From an uncultured Lachnospiraceae bacterium (lineage in GTDB: Bacteria > Bacillota > Clostridia > Lachnospirales > Lachnospiraceae), in assembly GCA_964425595.1 (NCBI GenBank), contig CAYRMW010000002.1:9368-73367 (forward strand): a stretch of DNA of 64,000 nucleotides. Reading direction: 5' to 3'. Numbering within the stretch: the stretch's first letter is position 1; each line of letters begins with the position of its first letter. The notes beneath the pieces were generated by a model. It was not told the origin of the DNA. It saw only the letters and a program-made list of their open reading frames with translations, and did not search any database. A program made the translations under genes and the position numbers. This document shows positions 55,604-64,000 of the stretch, piece after piece.

Positions 55604-56530
55604 ATGATGAAAAAGAAAACGTTAGCGATCATGTGCTCTGCCGTTTTGGCGATCGGCGTGCTGGCTGGGTGCGCGAATTCCTCGGCGGAGAGTACGACAG
55701 AGACGTCCGCCGGGACGGCCGCGGCCGATACGACGGCAGAGGAAGCGGCGCAGGAAGAGGAAACGGAAGCAGAGACAGAGGCCGCCGCGGACTTAAGCGG
55801 CTCCATCAGCATGGTAGGCTCCACTTCCATGGAAAAGTTTGCCAATGCGTTAAGTGAAGTATTTATGGAAAAGTATCCGAATGTTACCGTTCAGGCGGAG
55901 TTTGTGGGATCCGGCGCCGGCATTGAGGCCGTGACGAACGGAAGCGCGGACATCGGGAATTCCTCCCGAAACCTGACGGAGGATGAGAAGGCCGCGGGCA
56001 TCGCGGAAAATATCGTGGCGATCGACGGCATCGCCGTCGTGGTTGATCCGGCAAACACCGTGACCAATCTGACCAAACAGCAGTTGATCGACATTTACTC
56101 CGGCGCTGTGAGCAACTGGAGTGAGGTGGGCGGTTCGGATTCCCCCATCGTTGTGGTAGGCCGTGAGGCCGGTTCCGGCACGAGAAGCGCCTTTGAGGAG
56201 ATCCTTGGCCTGGAGGATGCCTGTGCGTACAGCAGTGAGCTGGACTCCACCGGCGCGGTCATGGCAAGAGTAGCGGCCACTCCCGGCGCGATCGGCTACG
56301 TGTCTTTGGACGTGCTGGATGATACGGTAAAAGCCTTAAGCCTGGAGGGCACGGAGCCGGACGCGGACAACATCAAGGCCGGTACGTATTTCTTAAGCCG
56401 TCCCTTTGTCATGGCGACCAACGGCGAGATCAGCGAGCAGAATGAGCTGGTGCAGGCGCTGTTTGACTTTGTTTATTCGGATGAGGGCGACGCCGTCATC
56501 GAGACGGTCGGCCTGATCTCCACCCGATGA
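55604..56530 (+). CDS. pstS: phosphate ABC transporter substrate-binding lipoprotein
   Basis: Lipobox ..VLAGCANS, an acidic linker, then ..GSTSMEKF.., ..GSGAGI.. and ..GSGTR.. PstS motifs. Confidence 0.9.
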   Translation: MMKKKTLAIMCSAVLAIGVLAGCANSSAESTTETSAGTAAADTTAEEAAQEEETEAETEAAADLSGSISMVGSTSMEKFANALSEVFMEKYPNVTVQAEFVGSGAGIEAVTNGSADIGNSSRNLTEDEKAAGIAENIVAIDGIAVVVDPANTVTNLTKQQLIDIYSGAVSNWSEVGGSDSPIVVVGREAGSGTRSAFEEILGLEDACAYSSELDSTGAVMARVAATPGAIGYVSLDVLDDTVKALSLEGTEPDADNIKAGTYFLSRPFVMATNGEISEQNELVQALFDFVYSDEGDAVIETVGLISTR

Positions 56531-56551
56531 TCCGATAAGGAGGCCTGAGCC

Positions 56552-57496
56552 ATGAATGAATCTTTTTCGATCTTTTCCCATCATGGCAGCAGATCCGGCG
56601 TTGAAAGAGCGGCTGAGGTGATCTTCACCGTCAGCGGATTTTTTGCGGTGTTGGCTGTTGCGTCGATCACCCTCTATATGATCATCAGCGGTGTGCCGGC
56701 CCTGTTCCAGGTAGGCATCCTGGATATCCTGTTCGGAACGGTCTGGGCGCCTACGGCGGCGGATCCCAGCTATGGGATCCTGTACGTCATCCTTACTTCG
56801 ATCATCGGAACATTCCTGGCAATCCTGATCGGCGTGCCCATCGGCGTGCTGACCGCGGTGTTTCTGGCTGAAGTGGCGCCGAAAAGGCTGGCCGGTGTGG
56901 TGCGTCCGGCGGTGGAGCTTCTGGCGGGCATTCCCTCCGTGATCTATGGCCTTCTGGGCCTGCTGATCCTGAATCCGCTGATGTACAAGCTGGAATTAAA
57001 AATCTTCGCGGGAAGCAGCACGCACCAGTTTACCGGCGGCGCAAATCTGATCTCCGCCGTCCTGGTCCTGGCGGTCATGATCCTTCCCACCGTGATCAAC
57101 ATCAGCGAATCGGCCCTCCGGGCGGTGCCGGAGCATCTAAAGAGCGCGTCTTTGGCCCTTGGCGCCACGAAGATACAGACGATCTTCCGGGTGATCATCC
57201 CTGCGGCGCGATCCGGGATCGTGACCGCCATCGTGCTCGGCATCGGGCGGGCGGTCGGAGAAGCCATGGCCATCAGCCTGGTCTCCGGCTCTGCGGTGAA
57301 TTTTCCGCTGCCCTTTAATTCGGTCCGCTTCCTGACGACGGCGATCGTCTCGGAGATGTCTTATTCCAGCGGCCTTCACCGGCAGGTGCTGTTTACCATC
57401 GGACTCGTTCTGTTTGTATTCATCATGATCATCAATTCCGGCCTGACCAGGCTGTTAAAACAGAGCGGCCGGGAAAACAAGGAAGTGAAAAAATGA
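56552..57496 (+). CDS. pstC: phosphate ABC transporter permease PstC
   Basis: First permease of the pst operon, with the EAA-type loop ..ESALRAVPEHLKSASLALGATKIQTIFRVIIPAARSGI.. Confidence 0.9.
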   Translation: MNESFSIFSHHGSRSGVERAAEVIFTVSGFFAVLAVASITLYMIISGVPALFQVGILDILFGTVWAPTAADPSYGILYVILTSIIGTFLAILIGVPIGVLTAVFLAEVAPKRLAGVVRPAVELLAGIPSVIYGLLGLLILNPLMYKLELKIFAGSSTHQFTGGANLISAVLVLAVMILPTVINISESALRAVPEHLKSASLALGATKIQTIFRVIIPAARSGIVTAIVLGIGRAVGEAMAISLVSGSAVNFPLPFNSVRFLTTAIVSEMSYSSGLHRQVLFTIGLVLFVFIMIINSGLTRLLKQSGRENKEVKK

Positions 57497-57521
57497 CCAG
57501 ACAAAAGGAGAGGAGATCATC

Positions 57522-58421
57522 ATGAACGGCGAAGCAGTGATCCTTGTCAATGAGGATCCGGTGATCAAACGGAGCATTTACCGGAACCATGTGCGCACGG
57601 CGGATGCGCTTTTGACCGGACTGATTTATGCCGCCGCGGCGGTTTCCATCCTGCTGCTGACCGGCATCATGGGCTATGTCTTTGTCCGGGGGATAGGCCA
57701 GGTCAATGTAGAGTTTCTGACCTCCGTTCCCAGCACCCTGAAAGGGACGTTCGGCATCATGGGCAATATCGTCAATACGTTGTATATCGTAGCGATCACG
57801 CTTCTGATCGCCACGCCGCTTGGCATCGGCTCAGCGATCTATCTGAATGAATACGCAAAGCCCGGCAGGGCAGTGCGGCTGATCGAATTTACCACAGAGA
57901 CCCTTTCCGGGATCCCGTCCATCATCTTTGGCCTCTTTGGCATGGTATTTTTTGGCAAGACCCTTGGCCTTGGCTATTCGATCCTGACCGGCGCCCTTAC
58001 CCTGACGCTGATGATCCTGCCCCTGATTACCAGGACCACGCAGGAAGCCCTAAAGACCGTGCCGGACAGTTACCGCAGCGGCGTGCTGGGGATCGGCGCG
58101 ACCAAATGGTACATGATCCGCACGATCCTGCTGCCCAGCGCCATGCCCGGCATCATTACCGGCGTGATCCTGGCCATCGGCCGTATGGTGGGCGAGTCGG
58201 CGGCCCTTTTGTTTACCGCAGGAAGCGGGTTTATCCTGCCGAAGGATTTCTTTGGCAAGATCTTCGAATCCGGCGGGACCCTGACCATTCAGTTGTACCT
58301 GTGCATGCAGAAGGCGCAGTATGACGAAGCGTTCGGGATCGCGGTCGTGCTCCTGGTGATCGTCCTTGGCATCAATGGCCTGGCAAGGTACCTTGCCTGC
58401 CGCTTTAAGGTGGAAAAATAA
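57522..58421 (+). CDS. pstA: phosphate ABC transporter permease PstA
   Basis: Second permease, ..[39 protein letters not shown].. Confidence 0.9.
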   Translation: MNGEAVILVNEDPVIKRSIYRNHVRTADALLTGLIYAAAAVSILLLTGIMGYVFVRGIGQVNVEFLTSVPSTLKGTFGIMGNIVNTLYIVAITLLIATPLGIGSAIYLNEYAKPGRAVRLIEFTTETLSGIPSIIFGLFGMVFFGKTLGLGYSILTGALTLTLMILPLITRTTQEALKTVPDSYRSGVLGIGATKWYMIRTILLPSAMPGIITGVILAIGRMVGESAALLFTAGSGFILPKDFFGKIFESGGTLTIQLYLCMQKAQYDEAFGIAVVLLVIVLGINGLARYLACRFKVEK

Positions 58422-59293
58422 TGAAAAAGATGGAGGAGAATATGCTTGACACAACCCTGCACGCGCCGGTTGATGCGCCAGGATCCGGCGGCGCGTTTGG
58501 CGCCCCTGAGCTGTCTGCGGCGGCCGGCCGGCAGTTATCCGGGGTAAAGATTTCGACGCAGCATCTGCACTTGTATTACGGGCAGAACCACGCGCTGAAG
58601 GATATCAATCTGGATATCTATGAAAGGAAGATCACCGCGTTTATCGGTCCTTCCGGCTGCGGGAAATCCACGTATTTAAAAACGCTGAACCGGATGAATG
58701 ATCTGATCGCGAATGTAAGGGTCGAGGGAACCGTCCTTCTGGATGACGAGGACATCTACAGTCCACAGGTGGATACCACCCTCCTGCGAAAGAAGATCGG
58801 CATGGTCTTCCAGCAGCCCAATCCCTTCCCTATGAGCATTTACGACAATGTGGCTTATGGTCCCCGCATCCACGGGATCAGGAATAAAGCGGAACTGGAC
58901 GGCATCGTAGAGAAAAGCTTAAGGGGCGCGGCGCTCTGGGACGAGGTTCATGACCGGTTAAAGAAGTCTGCCCTTGGCCTCTCCGGCGGACAGCAGCAGC
59001 GTCTGTGCATTGCCCGGGCGCTGGCCGTGGAGCCGGAGGTGCTTTTGATGGATGAGCCCACTTCCGCCCTGGATCCGATCTCTACCTTAAAGATCGAGGA
59101 TCTGATGGATGAGCTGAAGCAGAAGTACACGGTGGCCATCGTCACCCATAATATGCAGCAGGCGGCCCGTATCGCGGATTACACCGCGTTTTTTCTGGTA
59201 GGCGAAGTGGTGGAGTATGCCTCCACCGATGAGCTGTTCTCCAGACCGCGGGACAAGCGTACCGAAGATTACATTACCGGGCGGTTTGGCTGA
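58421..59293 (+). CDS. pstB: phosphate ABC transporter ATP-binding protein
   Basis: [23 protein letters not shown] and the C-terminal ..[10 protein letters not shown] typical of PstB. The start is ambiguous (58421, 58430 or 58442). Confidence 0.9.
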   Translation: MKKMEENMLDTTLHAPVDAPGSGGAFGAPELSAAAGRQLSGVKISTQHLHLYYGQNHALKDINLDIYERKITAFIGPSGCGKSTYLKTLNRMNDLIANVRVEGTVLLDDEDIYSPQVDTTLLRKKIGMVFQQPNPFPMSIYDNVAYGPRIHGIRNKAELDGIVEKSLRGAALWDEVHDRLKKSALGLSGGQQQRLCIARALAVEPEVLLMDEPTSALDPISTLKIEDLMDELKQKYTVAIVTHNMQQAARIADYTAFFLVGEVVEYASTDELFSRPRDKRTEDYITGRFG

Positions 59294-59323
59294 AGGAGAA
59301 CCCGGAGAGGAGTACAAGGAAAC

Positions 59324-59986
59324 ATGCGGATCACATATGAACATGAGCTTCAGGAATTAAAAAAAGAATTAAAAACAATGGCCCGCCAGGTGGAAAGCGC
59401 CATCGACCAGACCTTTACGGCGTTTGCGGACGATGACCGCGACCTGGCCTGGGAGGTCATCCGGGATGACCGGAATATCAATGACATGGAACGGGCGATC
59501 GAGGCCCGCTGCCTGTCCCTGATCTTAAAGCAGACGCCGGTGGCAGGCGATCTGCGTATGGTCTCCACCGCGCTTAAAGTGGTGACGGATCTGGAGCGGA
59601 TCGGCGATCATGCCTCCGATATCGCGGAGCTGGTCCTGCAGATCCGCGGGAAAGACGGATATCAGATGCTGCATCACCTGCCGGTGATGGCGTCCAGGGC
59701 CGGCGAGATGCTTCATGATGCCATTGAAGCCTTTCTGGCCCAGGATGAGCGCGCTTCCGGCGAGATCATCCGGAAGGACGACGAGATCGACCGCCTGTTC
59801 GGCCAGACGAAAAAGGATGTGGCCGAGATGCTGAAGGCCAGCGTGGAGGATGACCAGATCGACAATGCCATTGATCTGCTGATGATCGCCAAATATCTTG
59901 AGCGCATCGGCGATCACGCGGTCAATATCTGCGAATGGACGCAGTTTTCCCGGACGGGGGCGGTAAAAAATGTGCGGCTCCTGTGA
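59324..59986 (+). CDS. phoU: phosphate signalling complex protein PhoU
   Basis: Two PhoU repeats, each with E(R)IGDHA (..DLERIGDHASDIAE.. and ..YLERIGDHAVNICE..). Confidence 0.9.
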   Translation: MRITYEHELQELKKELKTMARQVESAIDQTFTAFADDDRDLAWEVIRDDRNINDMERAIEARCLSLILKQTPVAGDLRMVSTALKVVTDLERIGDHASDIAELVLQIRGKDGYQMLHHLPVMASRAGEMLHDAIEAFLAQDERASGEIIRKDDEIDRLFGQTKKDVAEMLKASVEDDQIDNAIDLLMIAKYLERIGDHAVNICEWTQFSRTGAVKNVRLL

Positions 59987-60059
59987 AAACGGGAGTTTTG
60001 CGTGCCGGAGTGCTTCGGGGACAGATCGCCGGACATCCGATCGATGCGTAAGCATCCGT

Positions 60060-62006
60060 TTAATGGGATTTTACTTCTTTCCAGAGCGCGTTGTATACAC
60101 TCTCCTCTTCGCTTCCCAGATAGCGGTATACCTCGCAGTTTTCCAGACTGTCCAGGTCAGGGAAGACGGACGGATTTTCCTGGATTTCCGGATCTAGAAG
60201 GTCAAAGGCGCCTTGGTTTGGCGTGGAGTAGGTGATGTATTCGAAATTGCGCAGGGCAATGTCCGGGCGGCAGAGGAAATTGATCCACTTTTCGGCGTTT
60301 TCCTTGTTTTTTGCGTTTTTTGGGATCACCCAGGAATCGATCCACAGGTTGGTGCCTTCTTCGGGGATCACATACTCCAGGGAATAGTCCAGGCCCAGCG
60401 CCTCTACCTCCTCCTGGATGTAGAGCATCTCACCGGAATAGATAACGCCTACGGCGGCTTCGCCGCCAATCATCTTGTCACGCACCTGATCGATGACGTA
60501 AGCCTGGACCAGTGGCTTTTGCCGGATCAGCAGATCCTTTGCCTGCTGGAGTTCATTTTCATCCGTGGTATTCATGGAGAAGCCAAGCGCCTTTAACGCT
60601 ACCATGAAAGCGTCCCGTACGCTGTCCTGCATCAGGATCTCGCCCTGCAGGGCAGGATCCCACAGATCCGTCCAGCTGACCGGCGGTTCCACGCCCAGTT
60701 CCTCCAGGCGTTTGGTGTTGTACAGGATGCCTACCGTGCCCCAGCAATAGGGAACCGAGTAGAGATTTTTCGGGTCAAAGGAACGGGACATCTCCAGGTA
60801 TTCCGGGTTGATCTGGCTGATGTTGGGCACATTGTCAAAGTTGATCTCAGCCAGCATATCGTTTTCGATCATCTTCTGGATCATATAGTCTGAGGGACAG
60901 ACCACGTCGTAAACGACAGCGCCCGCCTCGATCACCGGGTACATCTCCTCATTGGTCTCGAACATGTCATACGTTACCTTGATCCCCGTCTCCTCTTCAA
61001 ACAGTTCGATGACTTCATCGTCGATGTAATCGCCCCAGTTGTAAACGTAGAGTTCATCGGTATGCCGGACAGAATAATTTTTCCAGGTTACCCAGCCGAC
61101 GGAGACGACGATGAAGACAGCTGCCGCGGCCATTGCCCATTTCTGGATCTGCCGGGGCAGGCGGTGACGGCTGCTTTGATCGGCGCCGGCAGCGGACGAG
61201 GGCGCCGCGCCGGGGATGGCTTTCTTTTCTTTCGGCCGGTAATTGGTGATCAGAAGAAGCACCAGCACCGTCAGGAAGATGACCGAGGACAGCGCGTACA
61301 TGGAGGGCTGGATGCCCCGGCGCACCTGGCTGTAGATCAGCGTGGACAGGGTATTGATGCCTGCGCCACGGGTAAAGTGGGTGATGATAAAATCATCCAG
61401 GGACATGGTAAAGGCCAGCAGGAATCCGGAAAGGACGCCGGGCAGGATGTCCGGGAAGACCACGTTAAAAAACGCGTAGACCGGAGACGCGCCAAGGTCC
61501 AGCGCGGCTTCATAGGTGCTTTTGTCGGTCTGCTTCAGCTTTGGCATGACGCTTAAGATCACGTAGGGGATATTAAAAGTAATATGCGCGATCAGGATGG
61601 TCTTAAACCCCAGGGAAATACCGAAGGCGATAAAGGCCAGCATCAGGGAGATGCCGGTGACGATATCGGCGTTGAGCATGGGGATGTTGGTGATGCCCAT
61701 GATCAGGGTCCGGCTTACGGGCTTCATGCTGTTGATGGCAATGGCGGCCGCCGTGCCCAGGAGGCTGGCCGCAAGCGCGGACACAAAGGCGATCAGCAGG
61801 GTGTTGGATAAGGCGGCCAGGATATCCGGGTCCGACAGCATCCGCTGGTACCAGTCCAGGGTAAATCCGCCCCACTGAGTCCTGGACTTGGAGGTATTGA
61901 AGGACAGAACCATCATCGTCAGGATGGGCGAATACAAAAAGATCAGGATCAGGACCAGATAAAAATCGGCCAGGATCTTGCGCAGCGATTGAAACTTGCT
62001 TTTCAT
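60060..62006 (-). CDS. spermidine/putrescine ABC transporter, fused PotC-type permease and PotD-type substrate-binding domain
   Basis: The N-terminal 260 aa form a PotC-like permease. A Pro/Ser/Ala linker and an extra TM (WAMAAAAVFIVVSVGWV) follow, then a PotD-like domain (..LYVYNWGDYIDDEVIELFEEETGIKVTYD..PYCWGTVGILYN..). Confidence 0.85.
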   Translation of the reverse strand: MKSKFQSLRKILADFYLVLILIFLYSPILTMMVLSFNTSKSRTQWGGFTLDWYQRMLSDPDILAALSNTLLIAFVSALAASLLGTAAAIAINSMKPVSRTLIMGITNIPMLNADIVTGISLMLAFIAFGISLGFKTILIAHITFNIPYVILSVMPKLKQTDKSTYEAALDLGASPVYAFFNVVFPDILPGVLSGFLLAFTMSLDDFIITHFTRGAGINTLSTLIYSQVRRGIQPSMYALSSVIFLTVLVLLLITNYRPKEKKAIPGAAPSSAAGADQSSRHRLPRQIQKWAMAAAAVFIVVSVGWVTWKNYSVRHTDELYVYNWGDYIDDEVIELFEEETGIKVTYDMFETNEEMYPVIEAGAVVYDVVCPSDYMIQKMIENDMLAEINFDNVPNISQINPEYLEMSRSFDPKNLYSVPYCWGTVGILYNTKRLEELGVEPPVSWTDLWDPALQGEILMQDSVRDAFMVALKALGFSMNTTDENELQQAKDLLIRQKPLVQAYVIDQVRDKMIGGEAAVGVIYSGEMLYIQEEVEALGLDYSLEYVIPEEGTNLWIDSWVIPKNAKNKENAEKWINFLCRPDIALRNFEYITYSTPNQGAFDLLDPEIQENPSVFPDLDSLENCEVYRYLGSEEESVYNALWKEVKSH

Positions 62007-62818
62007 CAGAACGTACTCCCCTCCCCGTTTTTATCGTATTTTGCCAGAAGGGCCATGCTGAGCAGGATAAAGATCATCATGACCAGGGAAAGGCCGGAGC
62101 CTAAGTTCCAGTTGCTTCCCTTGGTAAATTCCTGCTCGATCACGTTGCCGATCAGCAGGATCTTGCTCCCGCCCAGGAGGCTGCTGATGACGAAGGTCGT
62201 CAGCGCCGGCACAAACACCATGGTAATGCCGCTGATGACCCCGGGCACGCTTAAGGGAAGCAGCACATACCAGAAGGTCTGGAAGGAGTTGGCGCCCAGG
62301 TCCCGGGCCGCGTTGATCGTATTGTCGTCGATCTTGGACAGCACATTATAGATAGGAAGGACCATAAAGGGCAGGAAGTTGTAGACCATGCCCAGGATGA
62401 TGGCCCCGCCGGTATTGATCAGGCTCTGGTCGGGCAGGTGCAGGGCGGAGAGGATGCCGTTGATCACGCCGTTTTTCTCCAGAAGGGTCTGCCATGCCAG
62501 GGTCCTGAGCAGGAAGTTCATCCACATGGGGAGGATGAAGATAAAGACCATAAAGCCGCTGGCTCCGGCGCCGCGGGAGCGCAGGACCATGGCCAGAGGA
62601 TACGCCAGCAAAAGACAGACCAGGGTGGAAGCCAGGGAAAGACCCAGGGAAAGCCACAGGGCCTTGGCATGTTCCGCCGTGGTGATAGCCAGGATATTTT
62701 CCAGGGTAAAGGCACCGCTTTGGTCGGTCAGGCCATAGTAGACCACCAGCGCCAGGGGAATGACCGTGAAGCCGGTCATCCAGATCAGATATGGCCCCGC
62801 TAATAATTTTTTACTCAT
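62006..62818 (-). CDS. potB: spermidine/putrescine ABC transporter permease PotB
   Basis: 270-aa permease, ..[27 protein letters not shown].. Confidence 0.9.
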   Translation of the reverse strand: MSKKLLAGPYLIWMTGFTVIPLALVVYYGLTDQSGAFTLENILAITTAEHAKALWLSLGLSLASTLVCLLLAYPLAMVLRSRGAGASGFMVFIFILPMWMNFLLRTLAWQTLLEKNGVINGILSALHLPDQSLINTGGAIILGMVYNFLPFMVLPIYNVLSKIDDNTINAARDLGANSFQTFWYVLLPLSVPGVISGITMVFVPALTTFVISSLLGGSKILLIGNVIEQEFTKGSNWNLGSGLSLVMMIFILLSMALLAKYDKNGEGSTF

Positions 62819-63887
62819 TGACGCCGATCGCCTCCTCGTCCTCCGATGCCGGTTTATTCATGATCTGGATATCATACGGATCCACATGGATATCGACTTT
62901 CTTCCCGACCGGGAACAGGTCGGTGGAATGGACCAGCCACTCGAAGCCGTCCGGTGTGGTTACTTCCATCTCATAGTGGACGCCTTTGAAGATCAGATGC
63001 GTCACGACACCGGAAAGGGTGCCGCAGCCGGGCTCCCTTAAGTCGATGTCTTCCGGGCGGATGACTACATCCACAGGGGTATGGTTCCCGAATCCCCTGT
63101 CCACGCAGGCAAAGCGCGCGCCGAAGATCTCGACCAGTTCGTCACGGATCATGATGCCGGGGACGATGTTGCTGTCGCCGATGAAGTCCGCCACGAAGGC
63201 GTTTTCCGGCTCATTGTAGATGCTTTCCGGGGTTCCCATCTGCTGGATGTAGCCCTGGTTCATGACCACAATGGTATCCGACATGGTCAGGGCCTCCTCC
63301 TGGTCGTGGGTCACATAGATGAAGGTGATGCCCAGCTCGTTTTTCAGCCGGATCAGTTCGTACTGCATATCCTGGCGCAGCTTCAGATCCAGCGCGCCCA
63401 GCGGCTCATCCAGGAGAAGGAGCCGGGGCTCATTGACGATTGCCCTGGCGATGGCGATCCGCTGCTGCTGGCCGCCGGAAAGCGAGTCGACGGAACGGTT
63501 TTCGAAGCCTTCCAGGTTGACTAATTTCAGGGCGTATTTGATCTTGTCCCGGATGTAGGCCCGGGACTTGTTTTTGATCTTTAAGCCGAACGCGATGTTT
63601 TCCGCGATGGTCATATGCGTGAACAGGGCATATTTCTGGAACACCGTGTTCAGCGGACGTTTATTGGGCGGCAGGCTGGTGATATCCTGTTTGTCAAAGA
63701 TCACCTTTCCCTGATCCGGGGATTCGAAACCGCCGATGATGCGCAGCGTGGTGGTCTTCCCGCAGCCGCTCGGGCCAAGGAGGGTAACAAAGCTGTTTTC
63801 CTTTACCGTAAGGCACAGATCATCCAGGACCATAGTGCCGTCAAAGCTTTTTGAGATATGCTGCAGATCAATCAATGGCTGATTCAT
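62811..63887 (-). CDS. potA: spermidine/putrescine ABC transporter ATP-binding protein PotA
   Basis: [23 protein letters not shown] and a C-terminal TOBE-like regulatory domain. GGAGGAA RBS. Confidence 0.9.
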   Translation of the reverse strand: MNQPLIDLQHISKSFDGTMVLDDLCLTVKENSFVTLLGPSGCGKTTTLRIIGGFESPDQGKVIFDKQDITSLPPNKRPLNTVFQKYALFTHMTIAENIAFGLKIKNKSRAYIRDKIKYALKLVNLEGFENRSVDSLSGGQQQRIAIARAIVNEPRLLLLDEPLGALDLKLRQDMQYELIRLKNELGITFIYVTHDQEEALTMSDTIVVMNQGYIQQMGTPESIYNEPENAFVADFIGDSNIVPGIMIRDELVEIFGARFACVDRGFGNHTPVDVVIRPEDIDLREPGCGTLSGVVTHLIFKGVHYEMEVTTPDGFEWLVHSTDLFPVGKKVDIHVDPYDIQIMNKPASEDEEAIGVNE

Positions 63888-64000
63888 AAGCCGTTCCTCC
63901 TTAGATAATGTACCGGAGCGCGGAAAACGATCTGCTCTTCCGGAGATTTATGGAAAAAATCACTGACCGTCGTGCCGAGACGCTGCAGGATATCTTATTA

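Noticed and set aside
63888-64000. The minus-strand reading ..[36 protein letters not shown], which resembles the end of an XRE-type HTH domain of a polyamine-operon regulator.
   Set aside because: The frame is preceded by in-frame TAATAA at the very edge of the window (63995-64000), and only about 36 codons are visible. I cannot tell a real short gene, a pseudogene or chance similarity apart without the sequence beyond 64000.
1-64000. Mobile elements, prophage, toxin-antitoxin pairs, defence systems, and tRNA or rRNA genes.
   Set aside because: I recognised no transposase, integrase, recombinase or phage structural motifs, no terminal inverted repeats, no small adjacent ORF pairs typical of TA modules, and no tRNA-like cloverleaf sequences in the intergenic regions I inspected. 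The only signs of horizontal history are the HAD remnant and the low-GC regulators.

Overview
This is a 64-kb chromosomal segment from a high-GC Firmicute, probably a Clostridia/Lachnospiraceae-type anaerobe. That placement is an inference from GGAGG-type Shine-Dalgarno sites, sigma-A type -35/-10 promoters, DnaD/DnaI-type helicase-loading genes, S-box and preQ1 riboswitches, a rubrerythrin/PerR module and lipoprotein solute-binding proteins. I call about 55 protein genes. I saw no rRNA, tRNA, CRISPR array, transposase, integrase or phage genes. Gene order from the left: the end of a polysaccharide locus (two glycosyltransferases and a Wzx flippase); a LacI-regulated alpha-glucoside cluster (ABC transporter, GH31, GH13 oligo-1,6-glucosidase); a DUF368 protein; uxaB; queT behind a preQ1-I riboswitch; murC; a dense DnaA-box cluster followed by DnaD-like and DnaI-like genes; prs; an 827-aa membrane-anchored unknown; murA; metK behind a SAM-I riboswitch; xth; a GlgX-like GH13 protein; an XdhC-like protein; luxS; a FAH-family hydrolase; rubrerythrin, reverse rubrerythrin and perR; a PHP phosphatase; an S1-domain protein; a small alarmone synthetase; a membrane GDPD; dtd; an M18 aminopeptidase; a trigger-factor-like lipoprotein; and xpt. 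Next comes a partly low-GC accessory block holding a HAD gene remnant, an OmpR-type two-component system, a solute-binding protein without permeases, an enolase-superfamily enzyme and an orphan CitB/DcuR-type response regulator. The window ends with a siderophore-type ABC importer, a DEAD-box helicase, nagA, pstSCAB-phoU and potA-potB-potCD. I did not find a clear novel defence or mobile system. The strongest candidates for something undescribed are: (1) the GlgX/isoamylase homolog, in which all four GH13 catalytic motifs are replaced and which is translationally coupled to a domain-permuted XdhC-like protein; (2) nine DnaA boxes (four perfect) in 200 bp in front of the helicase-loader operon; (3) the accessory sensor block whose left edge is marked by a truncated HAD gene. 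The many long antisense ORFs in the track are treated as GC-driven shadow ORFs.
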